From Candidatus Sysuimicrobiota bacterium CSP1-3 (GTDB lineage Bacteria > Sysuimicrobiota > Sysuimicrobiia > Sysuimicrobiales > Humicultoraceae), in assembly GCA_001443485.1 (NCBI GenBank), contig LDXQ01000001.1, positions 33,107 to 97,106 of the forward strand: a DNA stretch of 64,000 nt. Direction: 5' to 3'. A program made the position numbers and the translations under genes. The notes below the pieces were generated by a model. That model saw nothing but the letters and a program-made list of their open reading frames with translations. It ran no database searches and was not told where the DNA came from. Each line of letters opens with the position of its first letter. The first letter of the stretch is position 1. Positions 10,554-19,598 of the stretch are shown here, piece after piece.

Positions 10554-11450
10554 GTGGGCGGGAAGCTGGTCGAGTGCGTCCCCAACATCAGCGAAGGCCG
10601 GCGGGCCGAGGTCATCTCCGCCGTCGTGGATGCCGTGCGCGCCACGGAGGGCGTTCGCCTGCTCAACGTGCAGTCGGACGAGAGCCACAATCGCTCCGTG
10701 ATCACCTTCGCCGGTCCACCCGAGCGCGCCATGGAGGCCGCCTTCGCGCTGTGCGCCCGCGCCGTCGAGGTGATCAACATGAACGAGCACCGTGGCGAGC
10801 ACCCGCGTTTAGGCGCGGTGGATGTGGTCCCGTTCGTCCCCATCGCCAACATGACGATGCCGGAGGCGGTGGGACTGGCGCGCATGCTGGGGGCGCGCCT
10901 CTGGGACGCCCTCCGCGTCCCCGTCTACTTCTACGCGGAGGCCGCGACCAGGTCGCAGCGCGTCCGCCTGCCCGACATCCGCAAGGGCGAGTACGAAGGA
11001 CTGAAAGACAAAATGACCGGTCCGGACTGGGCGCCCGACGTCGGGGAGGCCCGGCCGCACCCCACCGCCGGGGCGACCGTCGTGGGGGCGCGCCGACCGC
11101 TCATCGCCTACAACATCAACCTGCACACCGCCGCGGTGGACGTGGCCAAGCAGATCGCCCGCGCTGTGCGCGAAAGCAGCGGCGGCCTGCTCAACGTTCA
11201 GGCGATGGGCGTGGCCGCGGCCACCGGGCAGGCGCAGGTCTCGCTGAACCTGCTCGACCACGCCGCCACGCCGATCTCCCGCGTCTTCGAACTGGTGCGC
11301 CGGGAAGCGGAGCGCTTCGGGGTGGAGGTGGCGGAGAGCGAGATCGTCGGCCTGGTGCCGCTGGACGCCGTCGTGGACGTCGCCCGCCACTACCTGCGCC
11401 TGCGCGGATTCGACCGCGAGCAGATCCTGGAAGCCCGCCTCATGGAATGA
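10554..11450 (+). CDS. ftcD: Glutamate formimidoyltransferase (FtcD N-terminal-type, stand-alone)
   Basis: 298 aa. MGGKLVECVPNISEGRR…HNRSVITFAG is diagnostic of the formiminotransferase domain. Lies inside the hut cluster. Confidence 0.85.
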   Translation: MGGKLVECVPNISEGRRAEVISAVVDAVRATEGVRLLNVQSDESHNRSVITFAGPPERAMEAAFALCARAVEVINMNEHRGEHPRLGAVDVVPFVPIANMTMPEAVGLARMLGARLWDALRVPVYFYAEAATRSQRVRLPDIRKGEYEGLKDKMTGPDWAPDVGEARPHPTAGATVVGARRPLIAYNINLHTAAVDVAKQIARAVRESSGGLLNVQAMGVAAATGQAQVSLNLLDHAATPISRVFELVRREAERFGVEVAESEIVGLVPLDAVVDVARHYLRLRGFDREQILEARLME

Positions 11451-12730
11451 TGGAGGCCGACCTCCTGATCGTCCATGCGGGACAACTCCTCACCCTTGCC
11501 GGGGGCGGCCCTGAGGAGGGGCCGCGCAGGGGCGCCGCACTCGACCACCTCGGCCTGATTCGGGACGGCGCCGTGGCCGTCACGGACGGGCTGATCGTTC
11601 AGGTGGGTCCAACCCCCGACGTGCTGGACGACGTGCCGAAGGCGGCAGAGGTGGTGGATGCCGCGGGCCGAGTGGTTCTGCCGGGGTTCGTCGACGCGCA
11701 CACCCACCTGCTCTTCGCGGGCTCGCGCGCCGAGGAGTTCGAGTTGCGGCTCCGCGGGGCCACCTACCAGGAGATTGCCGCACGCGGCGGCGGCATCCTG
11801 CATACCGTGGCCCAGACGCGGCTGATGAGTGAGAGTGCCCTCGTAGACGTCGGTCTCGCCCGCCTGAACCGGCTGCTGGCGCATGGGACGACCACGGTCG
11901 AGGCGAAGAGCGGGTATGGCCTCTCCACCGAAGAGGAACTAAAACTGCTGCGCGCGCTGCACCGGTTGAACGCGCGGCACCAGGTGGACGTCGTCCCCAC
12001 GTTCCTGGGGGCGCACGCCGTCCCGCCGGAGTTCGCCGGCGATCCCGACGGCTACGGGCACTACGTGATCGAGGAGATGCTGCCGGCGGTCGCGGAAGAA
12101 GACCTGGCGGAGTTCTGCGACGTCTTCTGCGAGCAGGGTGCTTTCACTCCGGAGCAGAGCCGCGCGATCCTGGAGGCGGCCGCCGAGTACGGGTTGGTCC
12201 CAAAGATCCACGCGGACGAGTTCTCCGATAGCGGCGGCGCCCGGCTGGCCGCGGAGGTGGGCGCGATCTCCGCGGACCACCTCCTCTACGCCTCTGAAGA
12301 GGGGCTGCGGGCGATGGCGGAGGCGGACACGATGGCGGTACTGCTGCCGGCGACCGCCTTCTTTCTCGGTCTGCCCGCACCCGCCGCCCGCCGGATGATC
12401 GACCTGGGTGTGGCCGTCGCTCTGGCCACGGACTTCAACCCCGGGAGCAGCCCGACCTATTCGATGCCGATGGTGATCGCGCTGGCCGTGCTGCGCCTCG
12501 GCCTCCGTCCGGCGGAGGCGATCGCCGCGGCCACGGTCAACGCGGCGCACGCGATCGGCATGGCGGAGGAGGTGGGGAGCCTGGAGCCGGGGAAGGTCGC
12601 GGACTTCGTCATCCTCGACGCCACCGACTACCGCGCCCTGGCGATGCACTTCGGCGTGAACCTGATGGATGAGGTCTACAAGCGCGGCCGCCGCGTCTAC
12701 TCCAGCCGCACGGGTGTGATTGCAGAATGA
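11447..12730 (+). CDS. hutI: Imidazolonepropionase
   Basis: ATGATGA overlap with the ftcD stop. Amidohydrolase motif PGFVDAHTHL. Full-length HutI similarity. Confidence 0.9.
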   Translation: MMEADLLIVHAGQLLTLAGGGPEEGPRRGAALDHLGLIRDGAVAVTDGLIVQVGPTPDVLDDVPKAAEVVDAAGRVVLPGFVDAHTHLLFAGSRAEEFELRLRGATYQEIAARGGGILHTVAQTRLMSESALVDVGLARLNRLLAHGTTTVEAKSGYGLSTEEELKLLRALHRLNARHQVDVVPTFLGAHAVPPEFAGDPDGYGHYVIEEMLPAVAEEDLAEFCDVFCEQGAFTPEQSRAILEAAAEYGLVPKIHADEFSDSGGARLAAEVGAISADHLLYASEEGLRAMAEADTMAVLLPATAFFLGLPAPAARRMIDLGVAVALATDFNPGSSPTYSMPMVIALAVLRLGLRPAEAIAAATVNAAHAIGMAEEVGSLEPGKVADFVILDATDYRALAMHFGVNLMDEVYKRGRRVYSSRTGVIAE

Positions 12731-13347
12731 GTCTCCTGGAGCGCACGGTGCATGAGTTCCTGGCCGGCCTGGCCTCCGCCGATCCCACGCCGGGCGGCGG
12801 CAGCGCGTCCGCCCTGGCCGCGGCGCAGGGCGCGGCGCTTGTCGCCATGGTGGCCCGCCTCTCGCCGCGGGACGCGCCGGAAGCGGCCGCCGGTGCGGTC
12901 GAACGAGCAGACCGTCTCCGGACGGTCCTGGCCGACTTGGTGGAGGCGGACGCGCAGGCATTTGACGCGGTGATGGCAGCATACCGCCTGCCCAAAACGA
13001 CACCGGAAGAGCAGGCGCGGCGGCGTGAGGCGGTGCAGCGCGCGCTGATCGCCGCCTCCGAGGTGCCGCTGCAGGTGAGCGCCCACGCGGTGGAGGTCTT
13101 GCAGACCGCGGCCGGCCTGGTGGACCGGGCCAATCCCAGCGTCATCAGTGACCTCGGCGTCGCGGCGCTGCTCGCGGAAACCGGTGCTTCCGGGGCGGGG
13201 TTCAACGTCATGATCAACGCCCGGAGCATCAAGGATGCCGCCACCGTCGCCGCGCTGCGTGCGCGCGCCGCGGAGGCAGAGACCGCAGCCCGCAGGCTGC
13301 GCGACGCCGTGGTGCAGGCGGTGGCGCGGCGGCTGGCGTCGGCGTGA
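12727..13347 (+). CDS. Formimidoyltetrahydrofolate cyclodeaminase / methenyl-THF cyclohydrolase-like (FtcD C-terminal-type, stand-alone)
   Basis: 206 aa. LAGLASADPTPGGGSASALAAAQGAALVAMVARLS is the cyclodeaminase-domain signature. ATGA overlap with hutI. Confidence 0.8.
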   Translation: MSLLERTVHEFLAGLASADPTPGGGSASALAAAQGAALVAMVARLSPRDAPEAAAGAVERADRLRTVLADLVEADAQAFDAVMAAYRLPKTTPEEQARRREAVQRALIAASEVPLQVSAHAVEVLQTAAGLVDRANPSVISDLGVAALLAETGASGAGFNVMINARSIKDAATVAALRARAAEAETAARRLRDAVVQAVARRLASA

Positions 13348-13354
13348 GCGGACC

Positions 13355-14107
13355 ATGCCGGAACGGGCGCGACTGATCGGCGAGACGCTGCTGCGGGTGG
13401 ACCGGGTGGGGTCCACGAACGACCTGCTGCGGTCCCTGGCCCAGCACGGGGCGCATGAGGGGACCGTCGCCCTGGCCCGGGAGCAAACCGGCGGGCGCGG
13501 CCGGATGGGCCGCACCTGGGCCTCACCGCCGGGAGGGTTGTGGCTGTCGATCCTGCTGCGGCCGGACGATCCGGCGGATCCCCGCGTGGGCCTGGCCGCG
13601 GCGGTGGGGGTCGCGGAAGCGCTGCGCCGGGTCAGCGGGGCTGAGGTGGGACTGAAGTGGCCGAATGATCTTGTGCTGCATGGGCGGAAAGTGGGTGGTC
13701 TGCTCGTCGAGAGCGTGCCGCCCTGGGCGGTGGTGGGCATCGGCGTCAATGTCAACGTGGATCGCGCGCTATTCCCCGCAGAGATCCGCGCGGTCGCGAT
13801 CTCCCTCGCCGAGGCCGTTGGAGCGGAAGTGGATATCGAGGAAGTCCTGCGGGCCGTACTCGCAGAGGTTGATGAAGCCCATGCCGCCTACCGCGCGGGC
13901 CGGATCGACGACGTGCTGGCCCGCTGGCGCCGTTTCAGCGTGACCCTGGGCCAGCCCGTGCGCGTGCAGAGCGGCGAGCGCATCATCGAGGGGATCGCTC
14001 TCGATATCGACGCGGACGGCGCGCTGCTGGTTGGCGATGCCGATCACCCGCCGACGCGCGTCGTTGGCGGTGACGTCACGGTCCTGCGAGGAGGAGGCCG
14101 TCCGTGA
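13355..14107 (+). CDS. birA: Biotin--[acetyl-CoA-carboxylase] ligase (group I, no N-terminal HTH)
   Basis: VGSTND…GRGRMGRTWASPPGGLWLS…KWPNDL biotin protein ligase motifs. ATG at 13355 follows the upstream stop. Confidence 0.8.
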   Translation: MPERARLIGETLLRVDRVGSTNDLLRSLAQHGAHEGTVALAREQTGGRGRMGRTWASPPGGLWLSILLRPDDPADPRVGLAAAVGVAEALRRVSGAEVGLKWPNDLVLHGRKVGGLLVESVPPWAVVGIGVNVNVDRALFPAEIRAVAISLAEAVGAEVDIEEVLRAVLAEVDEAHAAYRAGRIDDVLARWRRFSVTLGQPVRVQSGERIIEGIALDIDADGALLVGDADHPPTRVVGGDVTVLRGGGRP

Positions 14108-15039
14108 CCGCGCATCGCGGCATCACCGCCGTCTCGGGGATTCGCGTCGGCCACGCCACCGATGTGCACGCACAGACCGGTTGCACGGTCGTGCTCTGCG
14201 CCGAGGGCGCGGTTGCCGGCGTGGACATCGGCGGCGGGGCGCCGGCCACCAAGGAGACCGACCTGCTCCGGCCGGGGATGCTCGTCGAACGCGCCCATGC
14301 CGTCTTGCTGACCGGCGGCAGCGCCTTCGGCCTGGCGGCGGCCGACGGGGTGATGCGCTACCTCGAAGAACGGGGGATCGGGTTTGACGCCGGCGTGGTC
14401 CGCGTGCCCATCGTCCCGGCGGCGGCGCTCTTCGATCTGGCGGTGGGGCGGGCGGACGTGCGGCCCGGACCGGAGATGGGTTACCAGGCGTGCCTGGCCG
14501 CCGACGATGGACCGGTACCGGAGGGGTTGGTCGGCGCGGGAACAGGTGCGACGGTCGGCCACCTGCTCGGGGCCGGGGCGATGCGCGGCGGGATCGGCAC
14601 CACTGCGGTCCCCCTAGCCGGTGGGGTCGTCGTCGGCGCGCTGGCGGTGGTGAATGCCTTTGGCGATGTGCGCGATGCGCAGACAGGGACCATCATCGCG
14701 GGGGCGCGGTCTCCGTCGGGCGAGTTTGTGGACACCGCGCGCGTGCTGCTGGAACTGGAAGGGGAACTGGCCTTCGGACGAGCGCCGACCAACACTACCC
14801 TAGTGGTGGTGGCAACCAATGCCGCGCTGTCGAAGGCCGACGCCAACCGCCTGGCGCATCTGGCGCAAGGCGGTCTCACCCGCGTGATCTCCCCGGCACA
14901 CACGATCTTTGACGGCGACATTGTCTTCGCCCTGAGTACGGGTGAGGCCGTGAGCAACCTGCTGGCGCTCGGCGCGGCGGCGGCGGAGGCCGTGGCGCGC
15001 GCGATCGTCCGCGCGGTGCGCATCAGCAACAGACTGTAG
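14104..15039 (+). CDS. Peptidase S58 / DmpA-family (L-aminopeptidase/D-amino-acid amidase-like, Ntn hydrolase)
   Basis: 311 aa. DmpA/OAT-like pattern (GIRVGHATD…TGCTVVL…LLTGGSAFGL). Confidence 0.7.
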   Translation: MTAHRGITAVSGIRVGHATDVHAQTGCTVVLCAEGAVAGVDIGGGAPATKETDLLRPGMLVERAHAVLLTGGSAFGLAAADGVMRYLEERGIGFDAGVVRVPIVPAAALFDLAVGRADVRPGPEMGYQACLAADDGPVPEGLVGAGTGATVGHLLGAGAMRGGIGTTAVPLAGGVVVGALAVVNAFGDVRDAQTGTIIAGARSPSGEFVDTARVLLELEGELAFGRAPTNTTLVVVATNAALSKADANRLAHLAQGGLTRVISPAHTIFDGDIVFALSTGEAVSNLLALGAAAAEAVARAIVRAVRISNRL

Positions 15040-15265
15040 GACCCCGGGGGAGGGCGGGCCTTCCCCGAACTACTCACGGGGACCCCTTTGCCCGTCCTCC
15101 CCCGGGCACACTCCGCTACTACGACACCGCCCGGTTGGTGGCCCTTGCTCAGAGCGGCAAGGAGCGGTACCGTAGGAGCGAAGCCGGCATCCCAAGGAGC
15201 CGGACTGGACGAACAGAGCAATCAGGCTTCGTCCGGTATCTGCGCGGCAGAACTGGAACGGAGGG

Positions 15266-15823
15266 ATGGACATGAGGATCACGACTCTTCAGATCGCCGT
15301 GGCGGCCGTCTGCGGCGGTCTTTCTATTGCTCTCTCCTACACGCCCATTGGGTTCATTAGCGTCCCCAATATTTCTGGTGCGGCGACGACACTCCACATT
15401 CCCGCAATTGTGGCCGGCGTAGTGGCGGGTCCGGTGGCCGGTGGCCTGGCCGGTCTTGTGCTGGCCATTATGTCCTGGGTCCGGTTTGGCGGGATCTTCA
15501 TGCAGTTTGCGGGCGGCAAGCTGCTGGTAGCCCTGGCGGCCGCTTTCCTGCCCCGGATACTCATCGGCGTGGTCGCCTATTACGCCTACCGGGCGCTGCG
15601 GGGCAATGCGGCGGCCATAGTGGCGGCACTGCTGGGCACAAGCGCCAACACCGCTGGCGTGTTAGGGATTCTGCTCCTCTTCGGCACCTCCGACTTTCGG
15701 ACGGGTGTGGTACCCATCATCCTGCTGAACTACCCGTTCGAAGTGCTCTTCGCCGCGGTGGTCGCGGTGCCGGTCTTCGCCGCACTGGCGCGCACGCGCC
15801 GGTTAGCGGCAGCGCGCTCATGA
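15266..15823 (+). CDS. ECF-transporter S component (pantothenate/PanT-like inferred from neighbour)
   Basis: 185 aa with 5-6 TM segments. Immediately upstream of coaX, overlapping it by 4 nt. Confidence 0.5.
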   Translation: MDMRITTLQIAVAAVCGGLSIALSYTPIGFISVPNISGAATTLHIPAIVAGVVAGPVAGGLAGLVLAIMSWVRFGGIFMQFAGGKLLVALAAAFLPRILIGVVAYYAYRALRGNAAAIVAALLGTSANTAGVLGILLLFGTSDFRTGVVPIILLNYPFEVLFAAVVAVPVFAALARTRRLAAARS

Positions 15824-16641
15824 ATCTGCTACTGGCGCTCGTCGTTAACAACACGCAGATCAAGATCGGCCTCTACCAGGGCGCCGATCTACTGCACCAC
15901 TGGCGGGTCGCCACGGATCGGGAGAAGACGGACGACGAGTACGCGATGCTCCTGCGCGCGCTCTTCGCCTCGGTCGGCCGGTCGCTCGGCGACGTCGACG
16001 GCGTGGGCATCTCCTCGGTGGTGCCGCCGCTGCTGGACACGCTGGACCGCCTGGCCCGCACTTACCTGGGGACCGCGCCGCTCGTGGTCGGTCCCGGCGT
16101 CCGCACCGGCATGCGCATCCTCTACGAGAACCCCAAGGAGGTGGGCGCGGACCGCATCTGCAACGCGGTGGCGGCCTACGCCAAGTACGGCGGGCCGGTC
16201 ATCGTCGTCGATCTGGGGACCGCGACGACCTTCTCCGTGGTCTCCGCCGAAGGAGATTTCGTCGGCGGCGCCATCGCCCCGGGGATCGGCATCTCCGTGG
16301 ACGCGCTGGCGGAACACGCCGCGCAGCTGCACCGGGTGGAACTGGTCCGGCCGCGGCAGGCGATCGGCCGCTCCACGGTCACGGCGATGCAGTCGGGGAT
16401 CCTCTTCGGGTTCGTCGGGCAGGTAGAGGAGATTCTCCGCAGAATGCAGGACGAGTTAGGAGCACCCGCCGGCACCATCGCCACCGGCGGTTGGGCGGAC
16501 CTGATCATCCGGGAGTTGCGCGGCGTGCAGCACCACGAACCACTGCTGGGACTGGAAGGGCTGCGCATCATCTTTGAACGAAACCGCGACCTGGCCGGTG
16601 AGCGCAACCGCGAGGCCGCCGCGCCGCTGCGCGAACCGTGA
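15820..16641 (+). CDS. coaX: Type III pantothenate kinase
   Basis: 273 aa. N-terminal LALVVNNTQIKIGL and DLGTATT ASKHA-fold motifs. Confidence 0.9.
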   Translation: MNLLLALVVNNTQIKIGLYQGADLLHHWRVATDREKTDDEYAMLLRALFASVGRSLGDVDGVGISSVVPPLLDTLDRLARTYLGTAPLVVGPGVRTGMRILYENPKEVGADRICNAVAAYAKYGGPVIVVDLGTATTFSVVSAEGDFVGGAIAPGIGISVDALAEHAAQLHRVELVRPRQAIGRSTVTAMQSGILFGFVGQVEEILRRMQDELGAPAGTIATGGWADLIIRELRGVQHHEPLLGLEGLRIIFERNRDLAGERNREAAAPLREP

Positions 16642-16651
16642 CCGCGGCACC

Positions 16652-17590
16652 GTGAGCAGCGAACCCGCCGTCCAGGCCCCGCCGCGGCCACTCCACGTTG
16701 TCAGCGTCAGCCTGGGATCGTCCTCCCGCGACCACCGCGTCACCCTGACGCTGCTGGGCAAGGAGGTGACGGTGGAGCGGGTCGGGGTCGAGCATCTCAC
16801 CGCCTACAGGCAGCGCTTGCTGGAACTCGACGGCAGAGTAGACGTCATCGGCATCGGCGGCACCAACCTGACCTTGAGCGCTGGCAACCGTACCTATCCC
16901 ATCCGCGATGTAGTCCGCCTGGTGCAGGGCATCCGCACGCCTATCGTGGACGGCAGCGGGCTGAAGAGCCTGCTGGAGAAGCAGCTCATCTTAGAGATGA
17001 TGCCGCGGGAGTACGGCGTGGACTTCCGGGGGAAACGCGTCCTCCTGGTCAGTTCCGTCGACCGCTACGGCATGGCCGAGGCCTTCACCCAGGCGGGGGC
17101 GGAGGTGCGCTTCGGCGACTTCATGTTTGCCCTGGGCCTGCCGTTCACCCTCGCCGGCCTGACCACGATTAAGGTGCTGGCGGCGATCCTCCTGCCCATC
17201 TTCACTCGTGTGCCCTTTACCTGGCTCTATCCCACGGGGGAGAAGCAGGAGGTCATCACGCCGAAGTACGGTAAGGCCTATGCCTGGGCGGAGGTGCTGG
17301 CCGGCGATTTCCACTTCATCCGCCACCACATGCCGGACGATCTCTCCGGCAAGATCGTCCTCACCAACACGCTCACGGCCCAGGACGTGGAGGAGTTGCG
17401 GCAGCGCGGCGTACGCCTGATCGTGACCCTCTCGCCAAATCTGGGAGGGCGGTCCTTCGGCACGAACGTGGTGCAGGCGATCCTCGTGGCCATCTCGGGC
17501 CGCCGGCCGGAGGACCTCACGCCGCAGGATTACCTGGACCTGATGCGCCGGGTCGGCTTCAAGCCGCGCGTCGAGATCCTGAATCCGTGA
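16652..17590 (+). CDS. Hypothetical protein, partner of the AAR-like reductase (possible AroM/Asp-Glu-racemase-like fold)
   Basis: GTG at 16652 follows the coaX stop. Repeated beta-strand-loop motifs (VVSVSLGSS, VIGIGGTN, VLLVSSV, IVLTNTLT). 4-nt overlap with the downstream gene. Confidence 0.45.
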   Translation: MSSEPAVQAPPRPLHVVSVSLGSSSRDHRVTLTLLGKEVTVERVGVEHLTAYRQRLLELDGRVDVIGIGGTNLTLSAGNRTYPIRDVVRLVQGIRTPIVDGSGLKSLLEKQLILEMMPREYGVDFRGKRVLLVSSVDRYGMAEAFTQAGAEVRFGDFMFALGLPFTLAGLTTIKVLAAILLPIFTRVPFTWLYPTGEKQEVITPKYGKAYAWAEVLAGDFHFIRHHMPDDLSGKIVLTNTLTAQDVEELRQRGVRLIVTLSPNLGGRSFGTNVVQAILVAISGRRPEDLTPQDYLDLMRRVGFKPRVEILNP

Positions 17591-18744
17591 AGGCACTCCA
17601 GGAATTCGCCGCGCGAATTCCCGGGGACCCCGCCCCTGTTCCCGGCCGCTTCGCCTTCGTCCTGCACCCGCTGGTGATCGCGGACTTCGCCCGCAAGTTC
17701 GGCGTGCTCCGCTTCGCCCCGCCGCGGGCGCTGGAGTGGGTGGCGCGCTTCGTTCCGCCGGTCGTCGCCTCGCACATCACGGGGATTCGCTCGGTGGCGG
17801 GTGCGACGGCGGAGGGATGGTTCATCGGCCTGCCGCTGACGACGCGCGTTCTGTTGGAAAGCCGCCCGGAGTTCGTCTACGACCGCCTGGTGCAGTGCGG
17901 TCACCTGGCAGAGCGCCTCGGCGCGCGCATCCTCGGGCTGGGGGCGTTCGCCAAGGTGGTGGGGGACGCCGGTGTCACCGTGGCGGAGCGGCTGCCGATC
18001 GCCGTCACCACCGGCAACTCCTACACCGCGGCCTCCGCCGTCGAAGGAGCGCTCCTGGCCGCCGGCCGCATGGAGATCGACCTGCCGCGCGCCCACGCCC
18101 TGGTCGTCGGCGCCACCGGGGCCATCGGTGCGGTCTGCAGCCAGATGCTGGCGCCGCACGTGGGCGTGCTCACTCTGCTGGCGCGCAACGTGGAGCGGCT
18201 GGAGTCCCTGGCGGCGAAGATCCGCGCCGCGCGGGAGGACGGCCGCGTCCCGGAGGTGCGCGTCACCACCGACGTCCGCCGCGCCGTCGCCGACGCCGAC
18301 CTGACCATCACCGTCTCTTCCGCCACCGACGTCCTGATCCAGCCCGACGATCTGCGCCCCGGCGCGGTGGTCTGCGACGTGGCCCGCCCGCGCAACGTCT
18401 CCCGCCTGGTCTACGAGAAGCGGGACGACGTCCTGGTGATCGACGGCGGCGTGATCGAAGTGCCGGGAGAGGTGGAGTTCGGCCTGGATTTCGGCTTTCC
18501 GCCGCGCACCGGCGAGGCCTGCATGGCGGAGACGATGATCCTGGCGCTGGAGGGGCGCTACGAGGACTACACGGTGGGGCGCGACATCACCCTGGCCCGG
18601 GTGCAGGAGATCGACGCGCTGGCGCGCCGGCACGGCTTCCGCGTCGCCGGATTTCGCCGTTTCGAGCGGGCGATTTCGGAAGAGGAAATCGCGCGCATCA
18701 AAACCTCGGCCGCGCGCCGCGCCCTAGCGTCCTTTCGCGCTTGA
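17587..18744 (+). CDS. Fatty acyl-ACP reductase (AAR)-like NAD(P)-dependent reductase
   Basis: 385 aa, colinear with cyanobacterial AAR. TTGNSYTAA (vs TTGNTHTAY), VVGATGAIGAVCSQML (vs VVGATGDIGSAVCRWL), LTLLARNVERLESL, EACMAETMILALEG (vs MFACFAEAMLLEFEG), C-terminal ITLARVQEIDALARRHGF. Confidence 0.65.
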   Translation: MKALQEFAARIPGDPAPVPGRFAFVLHPLVIADFARKFGVLRFAPPRALEWVARFVPPVVASHITGIRSVAGATAEGWFIGLPLTTRVLLESRPEFVYDRLVQCGHLAERLGARILGLGAFAKVVGDAGVTVAERLPIAVTTGNSYTAASAVEGALLAAGRMEIDLPRAHALVVGATGAIGAVCSQMLAPHVGVLTLLARNVERLESLAAKIRAAREDGRVPEVRVTTDVRRAVADADLTITVSSATDVLIQPDDLRPGAVVCDVARPRNVSRLVYEKRDDVLVIDGGVIEVPGEVEFGLDFGFPPRTGEACMAETMILALEGRYEDYTVGRDITLARVQEIDALARRHGFRVAGFRRFERAISEEEIARIKTSAARRALASFRA

Positions 18745-18770
18745 CGATTCCCCGCGGCCGGTTCTATACT
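18741..18770 (+). promoter_or_regulatory. Strong sigma-A-type promoter for greA
   Basis: TTGACG, 18-nt spacer, TATACT. Confidence 0.55.
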
Positions 18771-18780
18771 CGCCCTACGA

Positions 18781-18809
18781 GTAGGCCGCGTGCGGCCTAC
18801 CTTCTTTTG
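18781..18809 (+). terminator. Hairpin plus U-rich tract in the greA leader (terminator of the upstream operon and/or GraL-like attenuator)
   Basis: gtaggccg-cgtg-cggcctac (8-bp stem) followed by cttcttttg. It lies ~11 nt after the -10 box and 15 nt before the greA ATG. Confidence 0.5.
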
Positions 18810-18823
18810 TCCAGAGACGAGCG

Positions 18824-19309
18824 ATGACCGAAAAGGGCGAAAAAGAAATCATCCTCACCGCCGAGGGCTTGCGGAAGCTCGAGGAGGAACTGGAGTACCT
18901 GAAGGTCACAAAGCGCAAGGAGGTGGCTGGGCGGATCAAGGAGGCCAAAGACTTCGGCGATCTGACGGAGAACTCCGAGTACGAGGACGCCAAGAACGAG
19001 CAGGCCTTCGTGGAGGGCCGCATCCTCCAGCTGGAGGCGATGCTGCGCAACGCCAAGGTCATCGACAACAATGAGGTCCGCCGCGACCGCGTCACCGTGG
19101 GCTGTACGGTGGTCCTGCAGGACCTGAGCAACGGCGAGAAGCTCTCCTACATGATCGTCGGGTCGGCGGAGGCCGATCCGGACCGCGACCGCATCAGCAA
19201 CGAGTCGCCGGTGGGCAAGGCTCTACTGGGCCGGAAGAAGGGAGAGATGGTCGAGGTGCGGGTCCCCGCGGGCACGATCCGCTACTCCGTGCTGGATATC
19301 CAGGGGTAG
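18824..19309 (+). CDS. greA: Transcription elongation factor GreA
   Basis: 161 aa. Coiled-coil N-domain and FKBP-like C-domain. Near-textbook GreA sequence. Confidence 0.95.
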   Translation: MTEKGEKEIILTAEGLRKLEEELEYLKVTKRKEVAGRIKEAKDFGDLTENSEYEDAKNEQAFVEGRILQLEAMLRNAKVIDNNEVRRDRVTVGCTVVLQDLSNGEKLSYMIVGSAEADPDRDRISNESPVGKALLGRKKGEMVEVRVPAGTIRYSVLDIQG

Positions 19310-19332
19310 TTGCCTTTCGCCCGCGTCGCCGG

Positions 19333-19359
19333 AGCCAGTGCCGTGGCTCTTTTTGTTTC
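19333..19359 (+). terminator. Intrinsic terminator after greA
   Basis: gagcca-gtgccg-tggctc stem-loop followed by tttttgttt. Confidence 0.7.
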
Positions 19360-19598
19360 CGCCCGGCACGACTCCGACGTCCTCCCCCGGCACAAGTTGG
19401 GTATGTAGGCACTAGACGGGAGGCCGCCCGCGGGGGTGGCTGCGGTGTCATCGGTGTCATAGTAGAATAAGAGCAGGAGGAAACTCCTGACGGCGAGAAT
19501 TCGTTGAACCTATCAGACGCCCGGTCGGCGCCGTGCCGGCCGGTCGGCGGACGGTTGGTTTGACTCACTCCGCGTAGCCGGCGGAGAGGAGACAGCAG

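Noticed and set aside
10484-12730. 748-aa ORF spanning the ftcD and hutI region in one frame
   Set aside because: The first ~320 codons are the out-of-frame shadow of ftcD (Arg/Gly/Pro-rich). Genuine HutI similarity begins at the MMEADLL start at 11447, which overlaps the ftcD stop.
19310-19598. CtsR operator or other heat-shock control element upstream of clpC
   Set aside because: No GGTCAAA-type tandem heptad repeat was found by eye. Only a short direct repeat (ggtgtcatcggtgtcat) and a weak TAGAAT -10 candidate are present. Insufficient to call.
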